Assembly (NCBI GenBank): GCA_032117355.1
Contig: JAULZL010000153.1
Span: 1 to 42,788 of the forward strand
DNA from: Candidatus Nanopelagicales bacterium
GTDB lineage: Bacteria > Actinomycetota > Actinomycetes > S36-B12
DNA length: 42,788 bases
Direction: 5' to 3'
The position numbers were made by a program, and so were the translations under genes. The notes under the pieces are model-generated. The model ran no database searches, had not been told where the DNA came from, and saw only the letters and a program-made list of their open reading frames with translations. Positions 26,381-35,320 of the stretch are shown in pieces. The first letter of the stretch is position 1. Each line of letters starts with the position of its first letter.

Positions 26381-27142
26381 CTAGCCGAGCCGGGCCGCCT
26401 CGTCTTTGATCGATCCAGCAGCGTCCAGCCAAAGCCAGCGTGCGTACATGAAGGCCACGAATGCCGCGAAGATCCACCACTGGAAGGAGTAGAAGAAATT
26501 CTGCAGGGGGAAGGCCACGTCACTGGTCTGTACGGTTGACGGAACTGGAGCGGGCGCAGGCACCTCAGCGGGTTCCTGATCGACCAGCATGATGAAGCCA
26601 TCCCGCGAGCTCGGTCCCCAGGCAGCCTGCTTCACAGGGTCTGAGACCGCCAGCGCCGTGCCTGGTGGCGGGTCTGCATCCGGGTAGAAGGTCTCACCGG
26701 GATGCAGGATGCCGTTGACCCGAACCGTGCCTGCGGGGACCTGGACTCGAGGTACGGGGTCATCCGCAACCCAGCCCCTCAAGACCCCGATGGTTGATCC
26801 GTCCGCGAGATCCAGCGGGGTCAGGATCCACAACCCGGGCTGCCTGTCGGCAGAGAAGCGGTGGAGGACGACGATCTGCCCCTGCTGCCGATACGAGCCC
26901 ACGGCGAAGACCGGCCGGCCGATCGATTCAGCGGGTAGGTCATCGCCCGCTGCGCTGACATCCTGCACCGCAACAGGAACGGAAGCGGAGGCCCGCTCCG
27001 CGGCGAGGATGTCCTGGGTTCGCTGCCACTGCCAGCGACCGAGCTGAATGCAGCCGGCCATGAAAATCAGCGCCACCGCAGCAAGTGCCAGCCACTTGGG
27101 AGTCAGCGCGAGTCGAGCGACTCGACTAGCCAGACTTCTCAC
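26381..27142 (-). CDS. SURF1 family protein (cytochrome oxidase assembly-type)
   Basis: The N-terminal TM segment is followed by LGRWQWQR, and the C-terminal TM segment reads YSFQWWIFAAFVAFMY. Confidence 0.83.
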   Translation of the reverse strand: MRSLASRVARLALTPKWLALAAVALIFMAGCIQLGRWQWQRTQDILAAERASASVPVAVQDVSAAGDDLPAESIGRPVFAVGSYRQQGQIVVLHRFSADRQPGLWILTPLDLADGSTIGVLRGWVADDPVPRVQVPAGTVRVNGILHPGETFYPDADPPPGTALAVSDPVKQAAWGPSSRDGFIMLVDQEPAEVPAPAPVPSTVQTSDVAFPLQNFFYSFQWWIFAAFVAFMYARWLWLDAAGSIKDEAARLG

Positions 27143-27380
27143 CCTCCTCGATCGCGTTCTCGGTCAGCGCGCGATCCTCTGCCCGGCGTTCATCCTCGGG
27201 GCCCATCGGCAGGTTCTGGTCGATCCGCTTCATCTGCTTGTTCATCGACCGGAAGAGCACGAAAAGGGCGCCGCCCAGGAGCAGAACGAAGACTCCGGCA
27301 ATTGGCCCGGCCTGGTCGATGATTACCTCAAGACTGCTCGGGTCTTGGGCGGCTAGGACCGCGAGCGCAAGGTTGGTCAT
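27126..27380 (-). CDS. small single-TM protein, unknown function
   Basis: The protein is 84 aa with one TM segment (PIAGVFVLLLGGALFVLF) and a charged tail. It overlaps the SURF1 start by 17 nt. Confidence 0.55.
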   Translation of the reverse strand: MTNLALAVLAAQDPSSLEVIIDQAGPIAGVFVLLLGGALFVLFRSMNKQMKRIDQNLPMGPEDERRAEDRALTENAIEEGEKSG

Positions 27381-27382
27381 GG

Positions 27383-28252
27383 CTACTCCTGTCTGAGGCC
27401 AGCAAAGAGATCATCTTCCGGCAATGACGAAAGTACCGTGGATCGGGCGAGCTCAAACTCCTCGGTTGGCCAGACCTCGCGCTGGACGGCAAGGGGAACT
27501 CCAAACCAACCGCTAGACGGGTCGATCTGAGTGCGATGGGCAAGCAGGGCCGCGTCGCGCACCTCGAACCAGTCGGCAACCTCGATGCGAGTGGTGATCC
27601 GATGACTGTCATCCGGCCGCTTGTCGATCTCATTCACCCAATCGTGGTACGGCGATTCGAGATCCGCGTCAATCATCGCCGTATGGAGGGCACGAATGCG
27701 ACCCCGGCTGAACTGATGGTTGTAGTAGACCTTCGACACGGTCCAGCATGGCCCTAGGAGTGGTTCGAACCCGGGATCTTCAGCGGCATCGACGGCCGCC
27801 ATCGTCAGCACATGGCACCGGACATGATCCGGGTGCGGGTAGCCGCCGTTCTCGTCATAGGTGGTCATAACCTGAGGGCGGAACTGTCGAATGAGTCGGA
27901 CCAGTGGTGAGAGCAGTTCGTCCACCGGGAGGTCGGCGAAGCAGCCGGCCGGAAGCGGCGGCAGCGGATCGCCCTCCGGGTAGCCGGAGTCCTCGAACCC
28001 GAGCCAGGCGTGTTGGACGCCCAGGATCCGAGCCGCAGCGGCCATCTCGCGGCGGCGCACCTCGGCAAGCCCGAACTCGGCAACCTCCTGCTTGGCATCC
28101 GCATTCAGGACGTCGCCACGCTCGCCGCCCGTGCACGTGACCACCATGACGTCAATTCCCTCACTGACGTACTTGGCCGTCGTGGCAGCACCCTTGCTGG
28201 ACTCATCGTCCGGATGGGCGTGGACTGCCATCAGCCGTAGGGGGGTCGTCAT
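27383..28252 (-). CDS. mca: mycothiol conjugate amidase (LmbE/PIG-L family)
   Basis: The ATG at 28252 gives MTTPLRLMAVHAHPDDESSKGAATTAKYVSEGIDVMVVTCTGGERGDVLN, the Mca/MshB zinc motif. Length (289 aa) and the greA neighbourhood favour Mca over MshB. Confidence 0.85.
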   Translation of the reverse strand: MTTPLRLMAVHAHPDDESSKGAATTAKYVSEGIDVMVVTCTGGERGDVLNADAKQEVAEFGLAEVRRREMAAAARILGVQHAWLGFEDSGYPEGDPLPPLPAGCFADLPVDELLSPLVRLIRQFRPQVMTTYDENGGYPHPDHVRCHVLTMAAVDAAEDPGFEPLLGPCWTVSKVYYNHQFSRGRIRALHTAMIDADLESPYHDWVNEIDKRPDDSHRITTRIEVADWFEVRDAALLAHRTQIDPSSGWFGVPLAVQREVWPTEEFELARSTVLSSLPEDDLFAGLRQE

Positions 28253-28313
28253 CCCGATAGTCTCGCAAGGCCTCTCCGCTCGTGCTGCGGGGGGCTCGTA
28301 CCAGGAGGAAATC

Positions 28314-28778
28314 GTGCCGAGTCCTTTCCGCAAGGACCAGCTATCACCCCAGATGGCTCGCCGCTATGGGATGGATCGGAGCTCCACCGGCACCGTCCTG
28401 TTGTCCCTGGTCGTCATCCTGTCCTTCGCACTCGCCCTTGGATGGGCGACCATCGCCCTGACGCGGGATTCGATTGCGGTGACCATGCAGTCCTGGACGG
28501 TCCGCGGGGACCGGGTCGATGTCGCATTCACCGTCCGAAGCGGAAGTGGGCAACCCCTTATCTGCGTAATTCGGGCCCAGGATCGAAGCAGGGCGGACGT
28601 CGGTTACGCGACGATGACCGTACCTGCGGGGCAGGGATCCGCGCGGTACGCCCTGCGAATCATCGCCCCGGCCTTTGTCACCGAGATCCTCGGGTGCGCG
28701 GCCGGCGAGGCTCCACGGGTCATCGGCCCGCAATTTCCCGCTGGCGTCGTCCCCCCTCAACAGCCGTGGACCGACTGA
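28314..28778 (+). CDS. DUF4307 domain protein
   Basis: The GTG at 28314 is preceded by AGGAGGA. The protein has a single TM segment followed by a beta-rich domain. Its position between mca and greA is the usual actinobacterial synteny. Confidence 0.72.
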   Translation: MPSPFRKDQLSPQMARRYGMDRSSTGTVLLSLVVILSFALALGWATIALTRDSIAVTMQSWTVRGDRVDVAFTVRSGSGQPLICVIRAQDRSRADVGYATMTVPAGQGSARYALRIIAPAFVTEILGCAAGEAPRVIGPQFPAGVVPPQQPWTD

Positions 28779-28829
28779 ACTGACCGATTCCTGGCGGCGG
28801 TTGAGCCTGTAAGCGGTTAGCCTTCCTTC

Positions 28830-29318
28830 ATGAGCATCGAGGTGACCTGGCTGACCCAGGAGGGCTATGACCGGCTGGCGGCCGAACTCGCCGACCGAAT
28901 GGGTCCACGTCGGCAGGAGATCACCAAGCGGATCGAAGCGGCCCGCGAGGAGGGTGATCTCAAGGAGAACGGTGGCTATCACGCTGCCAAGGAGGAGCAG
29001 GGCAAGAACGAGGCTCGGGTCAGAGTCCTCAAGCACCTCCTCGAGAACGCCCAGATCGGCGCTCCGGATGCCGAGCACGATGAGGTCTCGCACGGCAAGG
29101 TCGTCACCGTTCGCTTCCCGGATCTAGACGAGGAAGAGACCTTCCTGCTCGGCTCCCGGGAGGAGGCCGCACATGCGTCCATCGAGGTCTACTCGCCAAC
29201 CTCCCCCCTCGGCGCTGCCGTTCTTGGCAAGCGCGTCGGCCAGGACGCAACGTACGCCCTCGCGAACGGCAAAGAGATGACCGTCGAGATCCTCAAGGTT
29301 GAGGCCTACGCCCACTAG
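28830..29318 (+). CDS. greA: transcription elongation factor GreA
   Basis: The sequence VTWLTQEGYDRLAAEL...AREEGDLKENGGYHAAKEEQG matches GreA. Confidence 0.95.
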   Translation: MSIEVTWLTQEGYDRLAAELADRMGPRRQEITKRIEAAREEGDLKENGGYHAAKEEQGKNEARVRVLKHLLENAQIGAPDAEHDEVSHGKVVTVRFPDLDEEETFLLGSREEAAHASIEVYSPTSPLGAAVLGKRVGQDATYALANGKEMTVEILKVEAYAH

Positions 29319-29414
29319 CGCGTCTGTAGCGCTTCACCTCGGCCTGTAAGCGGTGGTCGGGGGAAGGTGCTCGCTTCCAACTTCTATGGACGTAATCCGC
29401 TATGGACGGAACAA

Positions 29415-30275
29415 CTAACGGCTTGTCGTCTGACCAAACTTGCGGATCGACAGGGTCGCGAAGATCGAGATGAGCACCGCGCAGGACAGCAGCGTGTACA
29501 GCGTCGGGTGCTGCATGGGCCAGTAGTCCGGCTGGATACCGATCGGATTTCCGAATAGTTCGCGGGTTGCCAGCACCAAGGTCGAGATCGGATTGAAGGC
29601 CGCAAAGGCCTGCAGCCAGTCAGGCATCGACGAGATCGGCACGAAGGCATTTGACAGGAAGGTCAGCGGGAAGAGCCAAATCAGGCCCGCCGTGCTCGCG
29701 GTCTCCGGGTTGGGCATCGCCAAGCCAACCGTCGATCCGATCCACGCAACGGTGTAGGCGAAGAGCAGGAGCAATCCATAGGCGGCCAGCGCATTCCAGA
29801 ATCCCCCGGTGATGCGCCAGCCGACGATCAAACCGGTGATGCTCAGCACCGCGAGTACGAGGATCTGTCGTACGGCATCAGCAAAGGTGCGTCCAAAGAG
29901 CACGGCCCCGTGTGACATCGGCAGCGCCCGAAATCGATCGATGATCCCCTTGCGCATGTCCTCGGCAAGCCCGACGGTGCTGGCCGCCGCGGCAAAGGCC
30001 ACGGTCTGGCCGAAGATCCCGGGCATCAGGTAGTTGCGGTAAGCGGTCGCAGCATCCTCAGGGCTGGCCCCATCGCCCGGGATCGGGATGGCGCCACCGA
30101 AGACATAGGCGAACAGCAGGACGAAGATCACCGGCTGGACCAGCGAGAAGAACAGGGACTCGGGCACCCGGACCGACTGGATCAGGTTGCGTCGCGCCAC
30201 CACCAGACCGTCATGCACGCCCCAGCCGAGGAGCGGACGCCGGCGCAGGGGTGCCTGGGTGGGAAGGCTGGTCAT
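29415..30275 (-). CDS. ABC-2 type transporter permease (DrrB-like)
   Basis: The protein has 6 TM segments. Its ATG overlaps the upstream ATPase stop (ATGA). Confidence 0.87.
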   Translation of the reverse strand: MTSLPTQAPLRRRPLLGWGVHDGLVVARRNLIQSVRVPESLFFSLVQPVIFVLLFAYVFGGAIPIPGDGASPEDAATAYRNYLMPGIFGQTVAFAAAASTVGLAEDMRKGIIDRFRALPMSHGAVLFGRTFADAVRQILVLAVLSITGLIVGWRITGGFWNALAAYGLLLLFAYTVAWIGSTVGLAMPNPETASTAGLIWLFPLTFLSNAFVPISSMPDWLQAFAAFNPISTLVLATRELFGNPIGIQPDYWPMQHPTLYTLLSCAVLISIFATLSIRKFGQTTSR

Positions 30276-31264
30276 CGCCTACGCCCCCTTCTCGTAGACG
30301 GCGCTGGCACCTGAGTCTCATCCTCCGCTGCATGACCCGTCAGCGAGAGGAAGACGTCATCGAGGGTGGGCCGGCGCATGACCAGGTCGGACACGTCGAT
30401 CCCCTTCGCGTCCAGAGCGCGAATTGCATCGACCAGCACGGTGGACCCTCCCGAGACGGGTGCCGAGACCCTGAGGTCGTCAACAACCGGCTGACCCGTA
30501 CTCAGGGCGCGGATCGCATCAGCAGCGTCGGAGACTCGGGTCGCGTCCCTGATCGTCACCTCGATGCGATCGCCACCGATTTGGTCCTTCAATTGCTCGG
30601 CGGTTCCATGGGCGATCACCCGGCCGTGGTCGATGACCACGATGTCCTGGGCCAGTTGATCGGCTTCCTCTAGGTATTGGGTCGTGAGCAGGACGGTCGT
30701 CCCCTCCGCGACGAGCTGCTTGATGACATCCCACATACCCAACCGCGATCGAGGGTCAAGTCCGGTCGTGGGCTCGTCCAGGAAAAGGATTGAGGGCTTC
30801 GCGATGAGGCTGGAGGCCAGGTCAAGTCGGCGTCGCATACCACCCGAGTACGTGCGTACAGGACGGTCAGCCGCGTCCGTGAGGTCGAAGGATTCGAGGA
30901 GTTCGGCCGAGCGTTCCTTCACGTAGCGCGGCTCCAGGTGGTACAGCCCACCGAACATCCGGAGGTTCTCACGCCCGGTGAGGTATTCGTCAACCGCGGC
31001 GTACTGACCGGTCAATCCGATAGCCCGGCGCACGTCATCCGGCTGCTTGAGCACGTCACATCCGGCCACCCACGCTGCCCCGGCCGTGGGCCGAAGGAGG
31101 GTCGAGAGGATGCGGACCACCGTGGTCTTGCCGGCACCGTTGGGCCCTAGGAGGCCGACGACCTCGCCGCGACGCACGACGAGATCAATGCCATCGAGCG
31201 CTCGCACCTCACCGAAGGTCTTGACCAAGCCCTCGGCGCGAACCGCCTCGTCACCCGTCGACAC
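30272..31264 (-). CDS. ABC transporter ATP-binding protein (DrrA-like)
   Basis: Motifs are GPNGAGKTT, YSGGMRRRLDLA and LFLDEPTTGLD. I chose the GTG at 31264 as the start (VSTGDEAVRAEGLVKTFG). The GTG at 31273 is also possible. Confidence 0.9.
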   Translation of the reverse strand: MSTGDEAVRAEGLVKTFGEVRALDGIDLVVRRGEVVGLLGPNGAGKTTVVRILSTLLRPTAGAAWVAGCDVLKQPDDVRRAIGLTGQYAAVDEYLTGRENLRMFGGLYHLEPRYVKERSAELLESFDLTDAADRPVRTYSGGMRRRLDLASSLIAKPSILFLDEPTTGLDPRSRLGMWDVIKQLVAEGTTVLLTTQYLEEADQLAQDIVVIDHGRVIAHGTAEQLKDQIGGDRIEVTIRDATRVSDAADAIRALSTGQPVVDDLRVSAPVSGGSTVLVDAIRALDAKGIDVSDLVMRRPTLDDVFLSLTGHAAEDETQVPAPSTRRGRRR

Positions 31265-31310
31265 TTGCCACACCTTATGCCATCGCGGGCCCGTAGCCGA
31301 GGTCGAGAAG

Positions 31311-32516
31311 TCACCGATCGGACAGCAGTCGGTAGCGCTCTGCCAGTGACCGTCGCACCTCCTCACAGTGCTCAACACCACGTGTCTCGACCTGAACGGC
31401 GATATCAACCTCGTCGACCCCGAGATCGGGATGAATGCGGTTGTGCTCGATGTCTACGACGTTTGCCCCCATGGCCTGAATCTCATTCAGGAGTTGGGCA
31501 AGGGATCCAGGTCGGTCAGGAACCCGAGCCACGATCGACAGGTAGCGGCCCGCGGCCGCGAGGCCATGCCTAATGATCCGCATCAGGATGAGGGAGTCGA
31601 CGTTGCCGCCGCTGAGGACGACGGCAACCGGAGGAGCGAAGTCACCCGGGGCGGCCATTACAGCGGCCGTCGCGGCAGCACCCGCCGGCTCGACCAGCAT
31701 CTTGGCCCGCTCAAGCAGCATCAGCACGGCACGTGAGATGTCCTCTTCAGACACCACCCGGATCTCATCCACGAGGTCCGCCACGATCGAGTACGGGATC
31801 TCGCCAGGCTGCCCAACGGCGATGCCGTCAGCCATCGTGGTCATCCGCTCCAGAGGCACCGGATGACCGGCCGCCAAGGATGCTGGGTACGCGGCCGCCT
31901 GCTCCGCTTGAACCCCGACAATGCGCACGTGTGGCCGGCGGGACTTCACCGCAAGTGCCACCCCAGCCAGGAGCCCACCGCCCCCGGTGCACACCACGAT
32001 CGTGTTGACGTCCGGCACCTTCTCGAGGATCTCCAGGCCGAGGGTGCCCTGCCCAGCCACCACGTGTCGATGGTCGAAGGGATGGATGAGAACGGCCCCG
32101 GTCTGCTCCGCAAAGGCTCGGGCCGCATGAAGCGCCTCGTCAATCGTTGCACCCGCGGTGCGGACATGGGCGCCATAGGCCTTTGTCGCCTGAACCTTGG
32201 GAATCGTGGCGCCCTCAGGCATGAACACCGTTGCTTCAATGCCGAGGAGTTGCGCAGCCAGGGCCACGCCCTGGGCATGGTTTCCGGCGCTGGCAGCCAC
32301 GACCCCGTTCGCGCGCTCCTGCGGCGTCAATCGGGACATGTGGTTATAAGCCCCACGAATCTTGAAGGAGCCGGCTCGCTGCAGGTTCTCCGGCACGAGT
32401 ACGACGGGCCCGCCAACCCGATCGCTGAGCCACCGGGCACCGGCCACCGGGATCTCCCGGATGACACCACGGAGAACAGCGGCCGCCTCGTCGATCTCTC
32501 CTGGGCTGATGGTCAC
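31311..32516 (-). CDS. ilvA: threonine ammonia-lyase (short form, single ACT-like domain)
   Basis: The PLP lysine motif is SFKIRGA. The protein also has GNHAQG and CTGGGGLLAG, with a C-terminal regulatory domain. The start codon is GTG. Confidence 0.92.
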   Translation of the reverse strand: MTISPGEIDEAAAVLRGVIREIPVAGARWLSDRVGGPVVLVPENLQRAGSFKIRGAYNHMSRLTPQERANGVVAASAGNHAQGVALAAQLLGIEATVFMPEGATIPKVQATKAYGAHVRTAGATIDEALHAARAFAEQTGAVLIHPFDHRHVVAGQGTLGLEILEKVPDVNTIVVCTGGGGLLAGVALAVKSRRPHVRIVGVQAEQAAAYPASLAAGHPVPLERMTTMADGIAVGQPGEIPYSIVADLVDEIRVVSEEDISRAVLMLLERAKMLVEPAGAAATAAVMAAPGDFAPPVAVVLSGGNVDSLILMRIIRHGLAAAGRYLSIVARVPDRPGSLAQLLNEIQAMGANVVDIEHNRIHPDLGVDEVDIAVQVETRGVEHCEEVRRSLAERYRLLSDR

Positions 32517-32517
32517 G

Positions 32518-33321
32518 TCAGGATCCTTCCACGGCGGACTTGCCGGGGAGGCCGCGCGCTGCGGCGAGCCGGGCCAGGGATGCCGCCTGCCGGCCAGCCT
32601 TTGTAGCGGTACCGCGGTCGCCGCGCATGGACCCGGAGTAGCCGCCCCAGGAGCCCCGGGCCTGGGAGGTCGCCTGGTGGAATTCGCGGATCTCGTCCGC
32701 CTTCGCCTTCAGCACGAGCGACCGATCCTGGCCCGGCCTCGGCGGATGACTGGCGGTATCCGAGACCATGGCCTGGGATCGGGCTTCCTCGAGCCGCTCG
32801 CGGATCCGGTCGACGTAGCCGCGGTAGAAGGCAACCCGAGCCGTGTAGGCGGTGTGCGGCTTGACGGACTGCCGGGAGCGCCCGGAGATCCGCCGAACCG
32901 AGATGTAGGACTCCTGCCGCCATGACCCGACGGATACCCAGCCTTGCGCAGCGGTCATCATCTGAACCGCGACCGATGAGTACATCGCCTCGATCACATC
33001 GAGATCCCCCGGCATGCCGTACGACAGGACGAAGGTCGAGTTCGAGGCGATATCAACCCGAGCATCGTTGGCCTGGGCAATCGCGATGAAAAGGGCGATG
33101 AGGTGCTGATTGGCCCGCCGGCCCTTCTCGCCGATCGTCGTGGTGCGGGTCTGTGGCTGCTGTCTGGCCTCCCGCCGGGCAGTCGCGGCGCGTGCCATTG
33201 CCAGATCAATGCTCGTGGCCGTGGCAATGGCCTGGGCCTTCATTAGATAGGCCTCAGCCTCATGCTCATTATCTGTTCGCTCCGCCTTGGCCAGCAGGGC
33301 GGAAATCCGCTCAATTGACAC
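32518..33321 (-). CDS. DUF2786 domain protein
   Basis: The GTG at 33321 is preceded by GGAGG. The N-terminus is ISALLAKAERTDNEHEAEAYLMKAQAIA, the DUF2786 signature. The stop lies 1 nt before the ilvA start. Confidence 0.75.
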   Translation of the reverse strand: MSIERISALLAKAERTDNEHEAEAYLMKAQAIATATSIDLAMARAATARREARQQPQTRTTTIGEKGRRANQHLIALFIAIAQANDARVDIASNSTFVLSYGMPGDLDVIEAMYSSVAVQMMTAAQGWVSVGSWRQESYISVRRISGRSRQSVKPHTAYTARVAFYRGYVDRIRERLEEARSQAMVSDTASHPPRPGQDRSLVLKAKADEIREFHQATSQARGSWGGYSGSMRGDRGTATKAGRQAASLARLAAARGLPGKSAVEGS

Positions 33322-33823
33322 CTCTAACCTCCAACCCGGAACCCTGATAGCCCGTTCGCAGGAGCAGGGCCGCTTCCGGGCCAAGCGCCTCCTCGACCAG
33401 CCAGCACATGGCACCCAGGAAGTGCGGGCCATGTGACGGGTCACCTGGTGTCGCGCGGTGCGGTGAGTCAGATTCGGACATCACCAGGTGGTGGCTCACC
33501 TCATGCAGAACGACCGACTCCCGGCAGGCCCACGGGGACTCCATCGGAATCGCGATGACACCGCCCCTTTCGTAGTGCGCCTTGCGGGCACCTCGCCGCG
33601 GACGAAGCCGGACGTCGCTGATTCCGGGAAAGGCGCCCAATCGCGCCACCCCTATCCAGTGATCGGTGTATCGCTGCATCGTGGCGAGGTCGCCGAAGAC
33701 TCGCTGGGTCGGTACATGAAGGGAGGAGCCGAAGAAATCCAGTCGTCCGCCCCGATCGAGGGCGTTGGACCAAGCGTCCTCGACGGAATAGACCACCGTC
33801 CGACTGGAGTCGCGGACCATCAA
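33311..33823 (-). CDS. HExxH putative metallohydrolase (TIGR04338-like, actinobacterial)
   Basis: The zinc motif is VVLHEVSHHL. The protein is 170 aa and overlaps the DUF2786 start by 11 nt. Confidence 0.72.
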   Translation of the reverse strand: MMVRDSSRTVVYSVEDAWSNALDRGGRLDFFGSSLHVPTQRVFGDLATMQRYTDHWIGVARLGAFPGISDVRLRPRRGARKAHYERGGVIAIPMESPWACRESVVLHEVSHHLVMSESDSPHRATPGDPSHGPHFLGAMCWLVEEALGPEAALLLRTGYQGSGLEVRGVN

Positions 33824-33873
33824 GCCTCCTCACGTGCTCCCTGACCCTTCTATGGGGATACTGCGCGCGACGC

Positions 33874-33945
33874 GATCTCGGCGATCTCGGCGATCTCGGT
33901 GATCTCGACGACCGCCTCAACCCCCGCAACCCCGGCGACCCCCGC
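33874..33945. repeat. two adjacent 9-bp microsatellite arrays in a divergent intergenic region
   Basis: The first array is gatctcggc gatctcggc gatctcggt gatctcgac. The second is caacccccg caaccccgg cgacccccg. Both lie between the metallohydrolase start (33823, minus strand) and the MFS start (33967, plus strand). Confidence 0.8.
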
Positions 33946-33966
33946 GTTCAGCCCACACCGTGCCCG

Positions 33967-35307
33967 GTGCTGGCGAGGATAGAGTGCACTAGACCACTGA
34001 CCCTGCGTCGTGCACGCGAGGAGTTGACGATCAAGCAGGCCATCCGCCGATCCCCCCTCCTTCGCGACCTTCCTCGCGAGGTTGCGGTGCTGTCAGCAAT
34101 CGCCTTCTGCGTCGCCCTCGGCTTCGGGATCCTGGCCCCAGCCCTGCCGGTTTTTGCCCGCGAATTCGACGTCAGCATTCTGCAGGCCAGTTCGGTCATC
34201 GCGGTTTTCGCCCTCGTTCGTTTCATCAGCGCACCTCCGGCCGGCGCGATGGTGAATCGCTGGGGCGAGCGGGGCGTCCTGGCGACCGGCCTCATCATTG
34301 TGGCCGTTTCCAGCGCGGCCGCCGGCTTCTCGCAGAGCTTTCCGCAACTGCTCGTGCTCCGCGGGATCGGCGGCCTGGGATCCTCTATGTTCACTGTCTC
34401 CGCCCTTGCCCTGCTCCTACGGGTGGTGGAGCCGGCTCAGCGCGGACGGGCCGCCAGTGCGTACCAGGGCGGATTCCTCTTCGGCGGGGTCACCGGCCCA
34501 GCATTGGGTGGCCTGGTGGTGGCCTGGTCGATCCGCGCACCCTTCTTCGTCTATGCCGTCACCCTTGCAGCAGCAGCGGCGGTCACCCTGGTCTTCCTCG
34601 CCAAGGCGCGACTTCGGGAGCGGGAGGAAGAAGTCTCCAAGGGGCAGGCCAACTCCCGGGAGGCCCTCTGGGCCGCCCTGCACGACGGCGCGTATCGCGC
34701 GGCTCTCACGGTTAACTTGGTGACCGGATTCGTTGCCTTCGGACTGCGTGCTTCCATCGTGCCGCTGTTTGTCACCGAGGGGCTGCTGCGCGGACCCTCC
34801 ATCAGCGGCATCGGCTTCCTGCTCGCAGCCATCGTGCAGGCCGTGCTCCTCCTGCCCGCTGGCCGAATGGCGGACACCGCAGGCCGCCGGAAGGCGCTCA
34901 TCATCGGCACGGTGGCACTGACGATCGGCATGGGAATCCTCACTGCGGCCGACCTGGCAACGAACACCCTCGGGACAGCAGCGGTCGCCGGGCTGGTGCT
35001 GTTCCTGGTCGCGATGACGGTTCAGGGAGCCGCCGCCGCCTTCCTTGGTTCCGCGCCTGCGGCGGTCGTCGGTGACGTCATGGGCGGTCGCCGCGGCGGG
35101 ATCGTGGTGGCGACCTTCCAGATGATGGCGGACGTCGGGGCGGTGGCTGGGCCCCTGCTTGCCGGCCTGCTCGTCGACCTCCTGGACTTCGACTGGGCCT
35201 TTGCAGTCGGTTCGGCCCTGGCGGCCATAGCGGTTATCGTGGTACTCGCGATGCCCGAAACCTTGCGTCGCCCGGCGGCTGGAGAGTCGGCCCATCCGAG
35301 CACGTGA
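33967..35307 (+). CDS. MFS transporter
   Basis: The protein has 12 TM-like segments and a loop 2-3 motif GAMVNRWGERG. The start is not verified. Confidence 0.85.
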   Translation: MLARIECTRPLTLRRAREELTIKQAIRRSPLLRDLPREVAVLSAIAFCVALGFGILAPALPVFAREFDVSILQASSVIAVFALVRFISAPPAGAMVNRWGERGVLATGLIIVAVSSAAAGFSQSFPQLLVLRGIGGLGSSMFTVSALALLLRVVEPAQRGRAASAYQGGFLFGGVTGPALGGLVVAWSIRAPFFVYAVTLAAAAAVTLVFLAKARLREREEEVSKGQANSREALWAALHDGAYRAALTVNLVTGFVAFGLRASIVPLFVTEGLLRGPSISGIGFLLAAIVQAVLLLPAGRMADTAGRRKALIIGTVALTIGMGILTAADLATNTLGTAAVAGLVLFLVAMTVQGAAAAFLGSAPAAVVGDVMGGRRGGIVVATFQMMADVGAVAGPLLAGLLVDLLDFDWAFAVGSALAAIAVIVVLAMPETLRRPAAGESAHPST

Positions 35308-35320
35308 GGAGAGTGAGACG

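Noticed and set aside
27383-29318. The mca-DUF4307-greA arrangement as a novel unit
   Set aside because: This synteny is widely conserved in Actinobacteria and already well known. Nothing in the sequence here deviates from it.
28805-29354. A 13-nt identical string, gcctgtaagcggt, on both sides of greA (about 28805 and about 29342)
   Set aside because: With roughly 9e8 position pairs in the window and 4^13 possible 13-mers, on the order of ten chance 13-mer matches are expected. I saw no extended similarity around the core, so it is not evidence for a mobile cassette.
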